Below are positions 10,819-22,374 of a stretch of 64,000 bases of DNA, piece after piece. This DNA comes from Schizochytrium sp. TIO01. Lineage: Eukaryota > Protista > Bigyra: Labyrinthulomycetes. The stretch spans positions 5,248,862 through 5,312,861 of the forward strand of contig SMSO01000025.1 in assembly GCA_004764695.1 (NCBI GenBank), in the 5' to 3' direction. Within the stretch, counting starts at the first letter, position 1. The number at the start of each line of letters is the position of its first letter. The translations under genes were made by a program, and so were the position numbers. Below the pieces are notes generated by a model. It saw nothing but the letters and a program-made list of their open reading frames with translations, made no database searches and was not told the DNA's origin.

Positions 10819-11673
10819 TTAGTTGTCGTTGCCTTCGGCCTGTTTGGCCCGTTTAACGGCCGCGTTAGCGGTCGCATCTTTTGGTGATTCCATTTGTTTG
10901 TCAGTGTCACCTTCGTTGGTCTCAAAACGACGCTTAATCTCCTTGAAGATGTCCAGAGGACCGGCCAGAGTGGGTGTGGATCCCGCCATGATTGAAGCTG
11001 CAACAGCTGCTGACGTGGGTTTGGGCATGGGCTTACTTTCAATCTGGCGTAGCTTCTCAGCAAATCTCTCCCGAGCAGCCTGATCCGCCTCCATTGCAGC
11101 GGCTGCTGCAAGAGCTGCTGCCTCTTCATCGTCATCGTCTTCACCATTTTCGTCTTCGTCGTCGCTTTGGTCTTCATTCTCGCTGTCGGAAAGGTACATT
11201 GCTGATCCATTCAGGAAAAAGTACTCCTTATTCTCCTCGGAAAAGAACTGATCGTAAACGTTATTGGGGGTGAGCTCAAAGACACTGGTCTCCATGAACT
11301 TTTCGGACGCAATGAGACCTGGGAATCCGTGCTGGTCATAAATGCGGCGGCGCTCTTCGTCACGGAGAATTTCGTAGGCAAGTCCAACTTTGGCGAATCT
11401 CAGAGGGTTGCTGTCGCGACCCTTACGAGGGTGAAATTTGTATGCGAGTCTATGATATGCCACACGAGCACGGTCAGTGTTAAACGAGGCCGAAGTCACT
11501 TTGAGCGCTTTGTACAAATCAAAAGGCTCCAGGTCCTCAAAGGTCTCGGGCACCTTGGCGTTCTTATCGTCCTCTTCCTCCTCTTCCTCCTCGCCTTCGT
11601 CCTTCATCGAAACCACCTGGGGCTCGGCATCGACCTCCTCCTGTGCCATCGTGATGTCGTTCTCAGAAGCCAT
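10819..11673 (-). CDS. DnaJ-like (J-domain) protein with HPD changed to HPR and acidic tracts
   Basis: DLYKALKV...RVAYHRLAYKFHPRK...FAKVGLAYEILRDEERRRIYDQHG; ATG 11673 MASEND. Confidence 0.85.
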   Translation of the reverse strand: MASENDITMAQEEVDAEPQVVSMKDEGEEEEEEEDDKNAKVPETFEDLEPFDLYKALKVTSASFNTDRARVAYHRLAYKFHPRKGRDSNPLRFAKVGLAYEILRDEERRRIYDQHGFPGLIASEKFMETSVFELTPNNVYDQFFSEENKEYFFLNGSAMYLSDSENEDQSDDEDENGEDDDDEEAAALAAAAAMEADQAARERFAEKLRQIESKPMPKPTSAAVAASIMAGSTPTLAGPLDIFKEIKRRFETNEGDTDKQMESPKDATANAAVKRAKQAEGNDN

Positions 11674-13571
11674 GGCGCTAACGTTTGCGAGTTTTGATTG
11701 CAAGTTAATCGCGATTTGCTCACGATTGGTCAGCTTGGAGTTTGAGCCATTCGCTCTGCCGAATGGGGGTATTATAGAATTAATAGTATAGCTATGCTAT
11801 AAATCAATCCTGATTTTAGTTTATCCGGGGAGTATAAAAGCACATCAATATTTAAATAGCGTTTTAATGACCATATTAAATGAGAGTAGTAAACAATGCA
11901 CGAATATTGCAGAGACCTGAACCTAACCCCTAAAGGGCTATGAAGGAAGTCTTGGTTGAGGCCTCGAGAGTATTCGGCCTATCTGGTTTTGCCGATAGAA
12001 AGCTACCTGTAATGTTAGAATGAATGCGCATTTTTGCGAGCTGGACAATCAAGCCTTGCGCAAAGACATTGCAATAGCATCGCAAAGTAAGGCTTTGTGG
12101 TGATATATTTAATCTTCTAGGCGCCATTGAGTCCATATCGGGTGGCCGGTGCTAATTGGTGTACCCGCCTGTGCAAGATCGTAACTCGCGATGCACTGAG
12201 TTATTATCAAGGTATTTCAACGCTGGTATGTAATGCCCAAGCTTTAATTAAAATTGATTTTAATTATAATTACAAATAAATAAAAAGGCTCATAGAAATG
12301 ACCTCTGTGAGTGGCTTCAAATGATATAGGGACCAGTACACAGGTACCTACTACCTTTGAGACTCTTCAACTCCAAAGTCAATTGAACCATGCCATATAG
12401 ACGGTCCCATAAGCCAACGTGCCGACTGCGGTATCTTGCTCTGACGAGGCGGTGAGGAGTATGGGCAGAGCATACTGCTACTGGGAATTTGACACGTTGA
12501 TGTGAACGACGCACCAGAGTCAAACAAAAGAAATAAAAATAAGTGACGACAATAAAATCGATGTGTGCAGTCTAAATTCAACTTTTGTGCCAACATCTCA
12601 GAAAATTTGTAGAAAAAGTCATTGCTCCTTTGTCATGCGAAGCCTCCATCAGAAATCAAGAACATCACGAAGAAGCCGCCTGGCTGAGCCTGGGATATCA
12701 TGAAAGCTTTGTCTCAGAGCTTAAAAAAATAAATTTAAAAAAGTGAAAGAAAGAAAAAACGACACATCAGGAACCATTAGCAAAGAACATGGAAGTCCAT
12801 TTTGCATTTGACTTTTCCTGAAAGGACCTGGAGACTGCAAACAGTTTGTTGAAATAATACACGCGAGTCTTTGATAGTTAAGGCGAGGAGTGCATGATTT
12901 TCTTCTTGCTAATTTGAAGTTAGTCAATCTTCACAACAATGCACCTGGCGCCTGGATGCCTGAGTCCGAGGCATCTGCGCAAGTATCAGCAATGTTCGTG
13001 TGCATTTACTGCTATTTACAAACTACGAGTATAATGATGAGTTTATTACTAAATATTTCACGTGGTCTTTAAATAGAATAATATTGCAGTACATTCTATT
13101 TTTAGAAAGCACTTTTTTTTAATGTAAATGTAGTGACGATGATGCTGGCTGCACCAGAATAATGACGGGCACGTGCTCTACACCCAAACCCCTAACTCCT
13201 GCGAAATATACATCGACTTATTGCCTACAACTGCGAAGAAGCGAGCACATAAAAAACTTGTAGATGGTCGTCTGAGGTGGTCGAATTCTGCAGTGAACTG
13301 CGCCTCTCTGGACCTGTTGACACATTGCAGCATCCAAGTTGTTGATTAGCGTCTTGCATCAATATCATTTTAATACTCAGTACTAGCAATTTCATTGACT
13401 TTGACAGCTCTAACTATTTGCAGATCCTGTCCGAGGCTTTGCTGGAATAATACAGTTGAAAGGTCGGTGCTGATGTGGTGGTGAGGACAGAAGAAAATGC
13501 TTAGCGATCATTTTGCAGCCCCTTGTAAGAGAAAACTGTCTTTCTATTCCATAAGGTCCCATGAAGCAGTC

Positions 13572-16304
13572 ATGCTTCATGTTTGCCTCATACTCGTAAT
13601 ATTCTGTTGCAAAGGGGTAGTTTCTCAAAGCACCCTTCAATATCGTCTGACAATACGAGACTTTCTACCAAGTCATTGTCTTCGTGCGTCAGAGTATGAA
13701 TCTTGGTGGGAATACTCTTATTATCGTGGTCTTAATGATACTGTGTATGAGGAATTTGAGACCCTTCCAGATGACTTTTATGCCAACAGAACTGGGCTGA
13801 TTGACTTCTCAGATTGGTACGGGCCTTCCTATGTTGGACGCGAAAACGACATTCTCGTTAAACATTATTGTCCTTATTGGACAAAGGGGATGCGCGCAGG
13901 TAACATCAGCGGGCATCCTGATTTCGAGGCAGCTACAAAAAGTCTTGAAGATGGACCATCAAATTGTACTTATGGAGGAGCTTCCCAGACATGTGGCGTT
14001 GCCACATCTGTCATCAAGACATCCATGAAACTAGCAACTTCTGGCTTACCAAAACTTCAATACTGTGATGATGATGATATGGCTCGCTGTGGTAAACGTA
14101 ACAATAAGTACTTGACATCTCGAGGCAAGTTCTTTCATTCATGGTACAATGATGACTCCAAGTATAACAAACGTATAGGTGTCACCATTCCACTAGAGTC
14201 AGACGATGAAGGGACCTTTACTTATGCATCGTCGGAATTCTTTCCCATGCAGTCATACAATAAGCTTGTTTTTGAAGAAACATATCCTGATCCTCAGCGA
14301 GCTCCAATTTGGCCAAGTGCAATTCGTGATTTCCACCAACAGCACTACTGGTTTACTACTGAATTCCATTCGTACTTTGAGTATTCCGGAAACGAAACCT
14401 TTCGCTTTATGGGTGATGACGACTTTTGGGCTTTTATTAATGACAAATTAGCGATTGACCTTGGTGGCTTGCATGGTAATGTTGCTCAATCCATCAAATT
14501 GAGCGACTATAGTGGCCCAGAGTATCTCAATTTAACTGTTGGAGAAGTCTACAGTTTTTCAGTTTTTCATGCAGAGCGTCACTTTAGTGCTTCGAACTTT
14601 AGGATTGATACCACGATTTCGGAGGCATGCAATGTTGCTAAGCCCGGGTCGGCGTCAACAGCGTTTTCTCTTTTGGAATCTACGGAGGCTACCCTTGCTG
14701 TGAGTAATTCTGTTGAAATCTTACCTTCCGGCATAGTGCAGCTTAGCAATAGTTCGTTAGGAGAATACTCTACCTGGCTTTTTACCAAAAATCAGCAAAA
14801 CATTGGTGCAGGGTTTGTTGCAACTTTTACATTTCAAATTCGAAACGAGGCCTCTGTAGAAGGTATCGCTTTTGTAGCTACAAGACGCCCTGAAGGTCTA
14901 GATAACATCCCTGTTGCTACTGGCAGCGGACTTGGATTTCGTTTCCTAACGCACTCTGTTGCTGTTGCGATTGATATGTGTAGCGATCGTAACAGTAGTG
15001 AGGATGCATGCGAGGAGCAAACGGTTCGTATCCAATACCCTGATGATCCAGAGGATACTAATGAAAGTGCCAACGCTTACACCCGTGTATATGATGGGAT
15101 TATGCGCAGTCTTCGCTACAGTGATACGGAAGGCAATCCAGAAGTCCACAAGGTGCGTATTGAATACTTGCAAAGGCCAGATTGGCTCCAGGTTTACATT
15201 GATGACAGTCTCTATTTACGGCAAACAAACTTTGATCTCGAAGATATCATTGGTGGCCGAGATGCATACATTGGCCTTACAAGTGCAACATCCGCAGGGC
15301 GGGAAGGTACTCTTGAAATCTTGGATTTCACTCTTGAGACGGTTGCTGTAGAAGCAACCAAAACCGAAGCAGGGAATATCCTGCCGGATGCAGAAATGCA
15401 AACAATATATGGTGATGGCAAGCACACCGCTGGATTTACCCTCCAAACACGTGATATGTGCGGCAACGACGTGCAGAATGGCGGTGTTTCAGAACTCATG
15501 AAAGCATGGTATATCCCTGTGGGCACTGCTATGGATGCTGACGAGTCCCTCCGGCGGCTGCTTCTGGCCAACGGGACCGATGATGATTGGTTCATCTATC
15601 CTGACGATCGTGTTGAGGCTGAGATCGTAGACAACTTAGATGGATCATATACAGCAAGCTTTGCCAGTACAGATGCTGGTTTGTATGCATTGTATGCTTG
15701 CTTTGGAGATGGATGTGGGTATAACTGGACTTCAACTGATATTGAACCGCTAGATAATAGCTCATTTTACAGTCACGTGGATATTGCTGTTCTAGTAAAT
15801 CCGCTTACAGCGTCCCCGACGCACGCGCCACAGGCTTATGTTCCGGTGTCTGGGAACGACACGGTAATGATTAAGTACGCTTCTATCGGGGGTGGAATTG
15901 CAGGCCTTCTGCTTCTCTCCGCTTTGCTATTCGTATTTGTATTCCGGCGTCGTTGGCGCCATGATAAGGGCTACATTGAGAATGGCAAGCTTTATAACCT
16001 GGAGAGGGCTGTGGAGTATAACCCAAATGATGAGTACAACGTTGTTACTCGCATGGTGATGGACTCTAGCGCCAAGCTGCAATATGAGCGATCAAGACTT
16101 ACTCCAGGAGATGGAGCGGGAGACATTACAGCTTTAACGGTTCAAAATCAGGAACTGCAGGAACAAATCCGCGCTGAGAAGCAGCGCAAACAGCTTTTGA
16201 CCTCAGGAAGCTCCAGACTTTCTCGTATGCTGGGTCGCTCAAACAAGCAAGGTCGAGCCCAACGAAAAGAATTTCATGTCGATGCTGAGGATAGGCCTCA
16301 ATAA
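13572..16304 (+). CDS. Type I membrane protein, paralog 1: fibro-slime (PA14-like) + L-type lectin-like + filamin/Ig-like + TM + coiled-coil tail
   Basis: Signal peptide MLHVCLILVIFCC. Fibro-slime motifs IRDF, HPDFE, WFTTEFHSYFEY.G.E.F.F.GDDDFWAFIN.KLAIDLGGLH, FHAERH...SNF. Lectin-like GF..TF.F...EGIAFV...SVAVAID...AYIGLTSAT. Filamin-like DNLDGSYTASF. One TM followed by RRRW. Confidence 0.85.
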   Translation: MLHVCLILVIFCCKGVVSQSTLQYRLTIRDFLPSHCLRASEYESWWEYSYYRGLNDTVYEEFETLPDDFYANRTGLIDFSDWYGPSYVGRENDILVKHYCPYWTKGMRAGNISGHPDFEAATKSLEDGPSNCTYGGASQTCGVATSVIKTSMKLATSGLPKLQYCDDDDMARCGKRNNKYLTSRGKFFHSWYNDDSKYNKRIGVTIPLESDDEGTFTYASSEFFPMQSYNKLVFEETYPDPQRAPIWPSAIRDFHQQHYWFTTEFHSYFEYSGNETFRFMGDDDFWAFINDKLAIDLGGLHGNVAQSIKLSDYSGPEYLNLTVGEVYSFSVFHAERHFSASNFRIDTTISEACNVAKPGSASTAFSLLESTEATLAVSNSVEILPSGIVQLSNSSLGEYSTWLFTKNQQNIGAGFVATFTFQIRNEASVEGIAFVATRRPEGLDNIPVATGSGLGFRFLTHSVAVAIDMCSDRNSSEDACEEQTVRIQYPDDPEDTNESANAYTRVYDGIMRSLRYSDTEGNPEVHKVRIEYLQRPDWLQVYIDDSLYLRQTNFDLEDIIGGRDAYIGLTSATSAGREGTLEILDFTLETVAVEATKTEAGNILPDAEMQTIYGDGKHTAGFTLQTRDMCGNDVQNGGVSELMKAWYIPVGTAMDADESLRRLLLANGTDDDWFIYPDDRVEAEIVDNLDGSYTASFASTDAGLYALYACFGDGCGYNWTSTDIEPLDNSSFYSHVDIAVLVNPLTASPTHAPQAYVPVSGNDTVMIKYASIGGGIAGLLLLSALLFVFVFRRRWRHDKGYIENGKLYNLERAVEYNPNDEYNVVTRMVMDSSAKLQYERSRLTPGDGAGDITALTVQNQELQEQIRAEKQRKQLLTSGSSRLSRMLGRSNKQGRAQRKEFHVDAEDRPQ

Positions 16305-19300
16305 AAATCTGATGTGCATGAACGCTAGCTACAAGTCTCAAAACGTCGATCGCTTTCGCTATTTTCTGGGTCTCTAAAGCTCTCTCTACAATTTTGTTGT
16401 TGCTTACTATTGTTGCTGGCCTTCAGTCCTCGTTCATCCATTACCACCTGGTGGGAGCTGCTTCATAACCAGGCGGCCAGGTTTCCATCATTTCCGAATG
16501 ATTGCCTCCACGTTCTCAGTTTATATAGGCAGCGGCTGTACCTCCTATTTGTGTATTTGTACTTTCCTCCAAAACTCTGAACTAAAATCTGCAGCGAATT
16601 TGTACGTCGTTTGCAACCACTCTCTCCAGCCAAATGGTAACCCTACAGATCTTTCCACTTGCTCAAAAACTCAAGCAACGATATGCTGTATTTTACAGCA
16701 TTGGTCTGCAACCCAAGCTTTGGGTTGAATGATTCCAGGCGTGAGCACCATCTTACGCTTGGACTTCATCCTCAGAGTAGTAGCGCCTGACTAGCGAAAG
16801 TGGCGCACCGCGTACCTTAAAATCTACAAAAGTCAATCCAACGCAGTGCAGGTAGGTAGAGTACCTCCCTGCATCAATTCTATGAGCTTTTACTAGGCTC
16901 AGCCTGATCGTGAAATGAAGGTGCCAAAAAGGGGCGCACGCCTCTGCTAGCGGCCATCTTCATAAAAGTTTGCCATTGATATATACTTATATTCCTACAA
17001 CCAAATGCTAACTTTCTGGCAAACAATTTGCACACCACTTTGAAAGCTGTTATCGTTATTCATGACGATGGACTAAAGCTCTAAGAAATCGACATTAGCC
17101 CCGTTTCGAACATGTCACTGGCAGGCTGTTGAAGGGCTATTTAAGCCTCTGGGCACTCTTGAGTCAATCTTGATTGAAAGTCGTGTTCAACGCTTTCGTC
17201 TCCTTTCTTCAACAGCTTTGCTGCGCGTGAATTGCAGGTCGCAAGTTTATCCTGTTTCTTATTCGTTTTCACTAATTGTAAACAATGTTTTATTCTGCCT
17301 ACGTTTTATTTCGCTGCATTCAGCTTGGAGTTCAAGTTTTAAAGAGTTTGAAGGAAGAATCAGATGGGTTTTCTTATTCTTACCATATTTTATTCTTATT
17401 TTACGCAGAAGAAGATCATAAGAAAGCAACTTTCTTAGTTCCATTATGTTCTCAGTTCCATTGTGCAAAGAGGTCACCCGCACAACAGCAGTATCCATTT
17501 GGCCTATAGCGTTTCGGTAAGAGTTGAAGACAGGCGTCTTTAAAAAAAGGTTGCGTCTGTTGCTTATAATAGGCACGCGTCCTATGGCTCTCATGGCATA
17601 CACCACTTTCTATTCTCTAAAGCCAAATTTGACTTTAAAGTCCAGCTTCAGCGAGATTCGCCCCACGCCATGATCCATCGTTCTCTAAAATCTACGCGAG
17701 CAGCTCTGCTGCAACCTGTACGGTGCCTTTATGTACTGATGGTGGTGGTGGTGGTGGTACTGGCGTTGATAGCTAAAATTGTGTGAAAGGTGAGCGTGGG
17801 AAGTGAGGTTGTTCTTACCAACTCTTCTTCATTAAACCCCCCAAAAAACAAAAAAAAAAACGTGCATCGATTCCACCGTCTTCTATGCAAAGCTATTTTA
17901 GGCTCGCCATATCGAGGTAAGGTCAGTCTTCCCTCCACGTAAGCCATGGCTCCCCAGCTCCCGCAACAGCTCTGTCCCGAAGCCCGAATGAAACAAGCTA
18001 TTGGCGGTACAATCTTCGAGTAGTCCATCTCGAATTCCTTTTCATTTAAGTTTTAAAAAGTAAATCAGAATATATATTATTGGATAAAGAAAAATTAGTC
18101 AGTCTCTGCGCTGATACTTGGACTCCTATTGAAACTATTATATTATTTTCTACGGTCACACCACACATAACTAGCCAAATGGACAAAGAACATTAACAAA
18201 CTACGGCTTTCACGCCTGAGAATGCAAGGGGGTTCTCTAGCAAATCCTTGCTACTAGTGTGAAAAAAGGGCAAGGGTCACAGCTTGCGCCGGCTGATCGA
18301 TGGGAAATAAGCACCAACGCTGAAGTGGCACGTGTTCCAGACGCCAATTTTTAAAGATTGTGGCCTTCTTTTTATTTTATATATATATTTTTACTATTTA
18401 TTTTAAAATAAAACTACTAATAGTGACATTATTTCTTCCCGAGTACTTCCTCATCAGCCACAACTTACTATTTCCCCATCTAAGAGTGATTGTAGGTACG
18501 ACATCAAGCTCAAGCTCAACTCCCTCGTGTTCAAAATCGCAGCAAGCGCTTGGGGAGCTCTATCCTCTGAGCATGGCGAGCAACGCAGCACGTGCAGCTC
18601 AAGCATAACTAAATGACTATCCCTACTACTAGAATGAACAGAGTAGAATCAAATTCATTTTTTTAGCGTTGCAGTTGCTACTATTGTTATTGTCAAAGAA
18701 GACGTATTTTAAAACCCCAGAGCAACGCGAGCCTAGGCTTAAAGCCATCCAGGTAAATGTTGATTGATGGTGAAGCGCGCATCGCCTGCTCGAACCTTCC
18801 ATTGCAAATGCTCATGAGCATCGTATGTTTATTTGTCGTTCGATTAGTTTGGCGGTGCAAGGGGTTCACCTTTCCAGTTGAATTTAATGTATTCCATCTT
18901 CAGCTTTAAACGTGCTGTCAAAACTTATCTTAACTCCTTTAATCATCCATTACATGTTAAGGAGAGGGTTCTCGATGCCTTTTAGACGTGCGCGCGCATC
19001 GTAGTGTTGTGTGCAGCTCCATCAGGTTTATATTACAACACACGTTATTCTGTATTCAAGTTTACTATGCAAAAACAGTGCTACAGACCTTTAGATGACT
19101 ATTATGCAACTTGGACTTCATGCAGAAATAAAACACAGTGTGAGAAAGAAATATTTTGTTCATAAGAATGAATGAAAAACATTTTAAAAAAATACTCCTA
19201 CGTCAAGTCAGCAAAACGGAATGCACGCGCGAGGATCCCGGGCCTGCAGTGTCGCACGAGCGTGGGTAAGCCTTTACAACGTGCTGAAAACCACTTGGGT

Positions 19301-19599
19301 CTGTCACTAGCATACCGGGCTCGGAACAGCATTTGCGAAGCCTCAGTGGGCATACGAGGCCTTGCTGAGTTGCTTGAATTGGGTCGATTGCTGTCGACCT
19401 CGTCTTGAAAGCTTGGTTGTCTCCTGGCTTTGGTAGAGTGATTTGAGCGAGGAGATATTGCATTTGGCTTTCCAGCGAAACTGGACTCGCGAAGACCCGA
19501 TCCAAGAGGTAGAGTGAACTTTGTTGGTTTGTTTTTTGCCGGGTTTAGGCTAAAACTTTCGTTATTTTCGGTGGCGGTGGCCACAGGTTGCATGCACAG

Positions 19600-22374
19600 A
19601 TGATGGCTCCAGTAAAGCTTTCGACTCTGATTCTAAGCACAGTTGTCTACCTATGGACAGCAACTGCATACACGCCTCCAAGCACACTGACTTACCGAAT
19701 TACATACCGAGACTTTCTTCCGTCACATTGCCTAAATGAAACACTTTACACGGCGTTGTGGGAGTACTATGATTCCTCAGGAAACTCGTATTATACAGGC
19801 ATGAGAGATACGATGTATGCTGATCCAACCTTGCTGCAGAGTACATGGTATACGAATAACATCGATGAAGCCATGGATTTGACCAACAGTTATGGACCAG
19901 TTTTTTCAACTGCTGTTAAAGTAGTAGAATACTGTCCATATTGGTCCAATGGGATGAGCAATTACACACTGAGCGGACATCCAGATTTCGAGGCAGCTGC
20001 AAAAAGCAAAGTTTCTGCGGTGTCAAAGTGTTACAAAGGAGGCGCCGCAAAGGCAAGCTGCTCTGGAGTTACATCTGTAATAAAGCCAAATTTGACCATC
20101 GCAACATCTGGACTGCCTAAAATTACTTACTGCAATGATACTTACAACTCACGCTGTGGCTCCTATGGTAGCAAGTATACAACATCACGACAACAATACT
20201 TTGACGCCTGGTATAACGACAATGCAAAGTATAATAAGCGCGTGGGACAAGAATTGACTGTGACTCTTGACGAGACGTCCGGCCAGTACCAGTACAGTTC
20301 AAGTCATTTTTTTCCACTTAATAAGTACGATGAAGAGCGTAACGAAGGTCTTTATAGCGATGGCCCGGCTGTCACAGCATATCACTACCCAGACCCCAAT
20401 CGGGCTTATGTTTGGCCAAACTCGATCAAGAACGCTTCATATAGCCACTTCTGGTTCACGACAGAGTTTCACTCTTACTTCAGTTACAGTGGCGATGAAT
20501 ACTTTAAATTCACTGGAGATGACGACCTCTATGTTTTCATCAATGGGAAAATTGCGATTGATTTGGGTGGAACACACTCGGAAGCAACCGATGATCTTTA
20601 TTTGATCGACTATGCTGATGAAGACCATCTCAACCTTACCGTTGGTGAGGTCTACCAGTTTTCGATCTTTCACGCCGAACGACACACAACCGCATCAAAC
20701 TTTAACCTCTACACCTCAATCTCGGAAAATTGCAACATCGCTCGTCCCAACTCTGGCTCAGTCTCGGTAGATATCTCCAACACAACAAGTACTGAGATCA
20801 CTCTCAGTGAAGGCGCTGCTCAGTTCGAAAATGGGACTATCCAGCTCTCCAATGCAGCAAATACTGCTCAAGACTTCTCAACATATATGTTTACAACTAA
20901 TCAGCAAAACATTGGGCCTGGCTTCATTGCCACTTTCTCTTTTCGCGTCCTCGATGAAGCAGCAATCGAGGGTCTGGCCTTTGTCGCCACACGACGCTCT
21001 GAGGGACTCACGAACATCCCCGTCTCTACTGGATCAGGTTTGGGATACCGGTTCATTTCCAACTCTATTGCTGTTGCTATTGATATGTGCACAGATCGGG
21101 CTGAAGGCCGAGACTGCTCCGGGCAGCAGGTCAGTCTGCATTATCCCGATGATGCTGATGATACTAATGAGGATCTCAGCTCAACACTGCGGGTCTACGA
21201 CTCTGTACTACGCAGTCTTCGCTACACGAATGCTTCTAACGTACCTGAGACTCACGTCGTTCGTATCGAATACCTAGAACGTCCTGATTGGTTACAAGTG
21301 TACATCGATGACAGCTTGTATCTCCGGCAAACAAACTTCAACCTTGAGGATATCATTGGCGGTCGTGACGCGTACATTGGTCTCACTAGTTCGACGCCAA
21401 GCTCAGATGTGGGTACTTTGGAGATTTTGAGTTTTACTTTGGAGACTATTGCGGTGGAGGCGAACTCTACAGTCGGTGTAGACTTGACGGAGGATGCGGA
21501 AACGTTGACGCTGGTTGGTAACGGGAAGAGTTCCGCTGGGTTCACGATTCAGACGCGTGATCTTTGTGGGAATGACGTGGAGAACGGTGGTCTATCATCG
21601 TACTTCAAGGCTTGGTATATTCCTACTGAGCAGGAGAGCAGTGGGCGACGCTCTCTAAGTAACTCCACAGAGACATGGGTATTGTACACGGATGATCGTG
21701 TCGATGCAACAATTCAAGATAATCTAGATGGTACTTACACTGCTCTTCTTAGTACAACAGAGACCGGTATGTATGCTCTTTATTCTTGCTTTGGCTTGGA
21801 ATGTGGGTACAATTGGACCAGTTTAGAGCCGCTTGATAGTGAATCTTACTATGGTCAAGTAGCTCTCGCTGTGCGTGTGATTCCTGTAACTTCCCAACCA
21901 ACTCAGTCTCCTATTGAGTATACGGTTGCTACAGGCGATGACTCCAAGGTAGCTATGTATGCAGGTATAGGAGGAGGTGTGGCTGGCGCTGTGCTGCTTT
22001 GCTCTGTGTTTGCGCTTCTTGCGCTTCGAAGGCGTTGGCTTCGCGAAAAGGGTTATATTGAAAACGGCAAGTTATACCGGATGGACCGGGCTGTGGAATA
22101 TGATCCCAATGATGAGTTTATGGTAGTGACACGAATGGTGATGGAGTCTTCTGCAGATTTGCAACGTGAACGTGCCAAGAGGGGTCCAGATGACGGTTCT
22201 GATGCCATCTCGAATTTAAAAGATGAGAACCAGCAGCTTCAAGAACAAGTTCGTTTGGAAAAGCAGCGTGCTCAGCTTGAGAACTCGAAAGGTAGTCGTA
22301 TTTCTCAACTTTTTAAGAACAAGCGCCAGCAAAATGCTCGCAGAAAAGAGTTCAATCAAGATGGATATGTATAA
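19600..22374 (+). CDS. Fibro-slime/L-lectin/Ig-like single-pass membrane protein, paralog 2
   Basis: Same motif order as paralog 1; signal peptide MMAPVKLSTLILSTVVYLWTATA. Confidence 0.85.
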   Translation: MMAPVKLSTLILSTVVYLWTATAYTPPSTLTYRITYRDFLPSHCLNETLYTALWEYYDSSGNSYYTGMRDTMYADPTLLQSTWYTNNIDEAMDLTNSYGPVFSTAVKVVEYCPYWSNGMSNYTLSGHPDFEAAAKSKVSAVSKCYKGGAAKASCSGVTSVIKPNLTIATSGLPKITYCNDTYNSRCGSYGSKYTTSRQQYFDAWYNDNAKYNKRVGQELTVTLDETSGQYQYSSSHFFPLNKYDEERNEGLYSDGPAVTAYHYPDPNRAYVWPNSIKNASYSHFWFTTEFHSYFSYSGDEYFKFTGDDDLYVFINGKIAIDLGGTHSEATDDLYLIDYADEDHLNLTVGEVYQFSIFHAERHTTASNFNLYTSISENCNIARPNSGSVSVDISNTTSTEITLSEGAAQFENGTIQLSNAANTAQDFSTYMFTTNQQNIGPGFIATFSFRVLDEAAIEGLAFVATRRSEGLTNIPVSTGSGLGYRFISNSIAVAIDMCTDRAEGRDCSGQQVSLHYPDDADDTNEDLSSTLRVYDSVLRSLRYTNASNVPETHVVRIEYLERPDWLQVYIDDSLYLRQTNFNLEDIIGGRDAYIGLTSSTPSSDVGTLEILSFTLETIAVEANSTVGVDLTEDAETLTLVGNGKSSAGFTIQTRDLCGNDVENGGLSSYFKAWYIPTEQESSGRRSLSNSTETWVLYTDDRVDATIQDNLDGTYTALLSTTETGMYALYSCFGLECGYNWTSLEPLDSESYYGQVALAVRVIPVTSQPTQSPIEYTVATGDDSKVAMYAGIGGGVAGAVLLCSVFALLALRRRWLREKGYIENGKLYRMDRAVEYDPNDEFMVVTRMVMESSADLQRERAKRGPDDGSDAISNLKDENQQLQEQVRLEKQRAQLENSKGSRISQLFKNKRQQNARRKEFNQDGYV
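20626..21989 (+). repeat. Near-identical direct repeat, copy A (pairs with 25800-27163)
   Basis: Aligned by eye at a constant offset of 5174 with no indels; about a dozen scattered substitutions apart from one 15-bp divergent island. Confidence 0.92.

Noticed and set aside
11915-11940. CCTAACCCCTAAA telomere-like fragment
   Set aside because: Only about two imperfect units; no array
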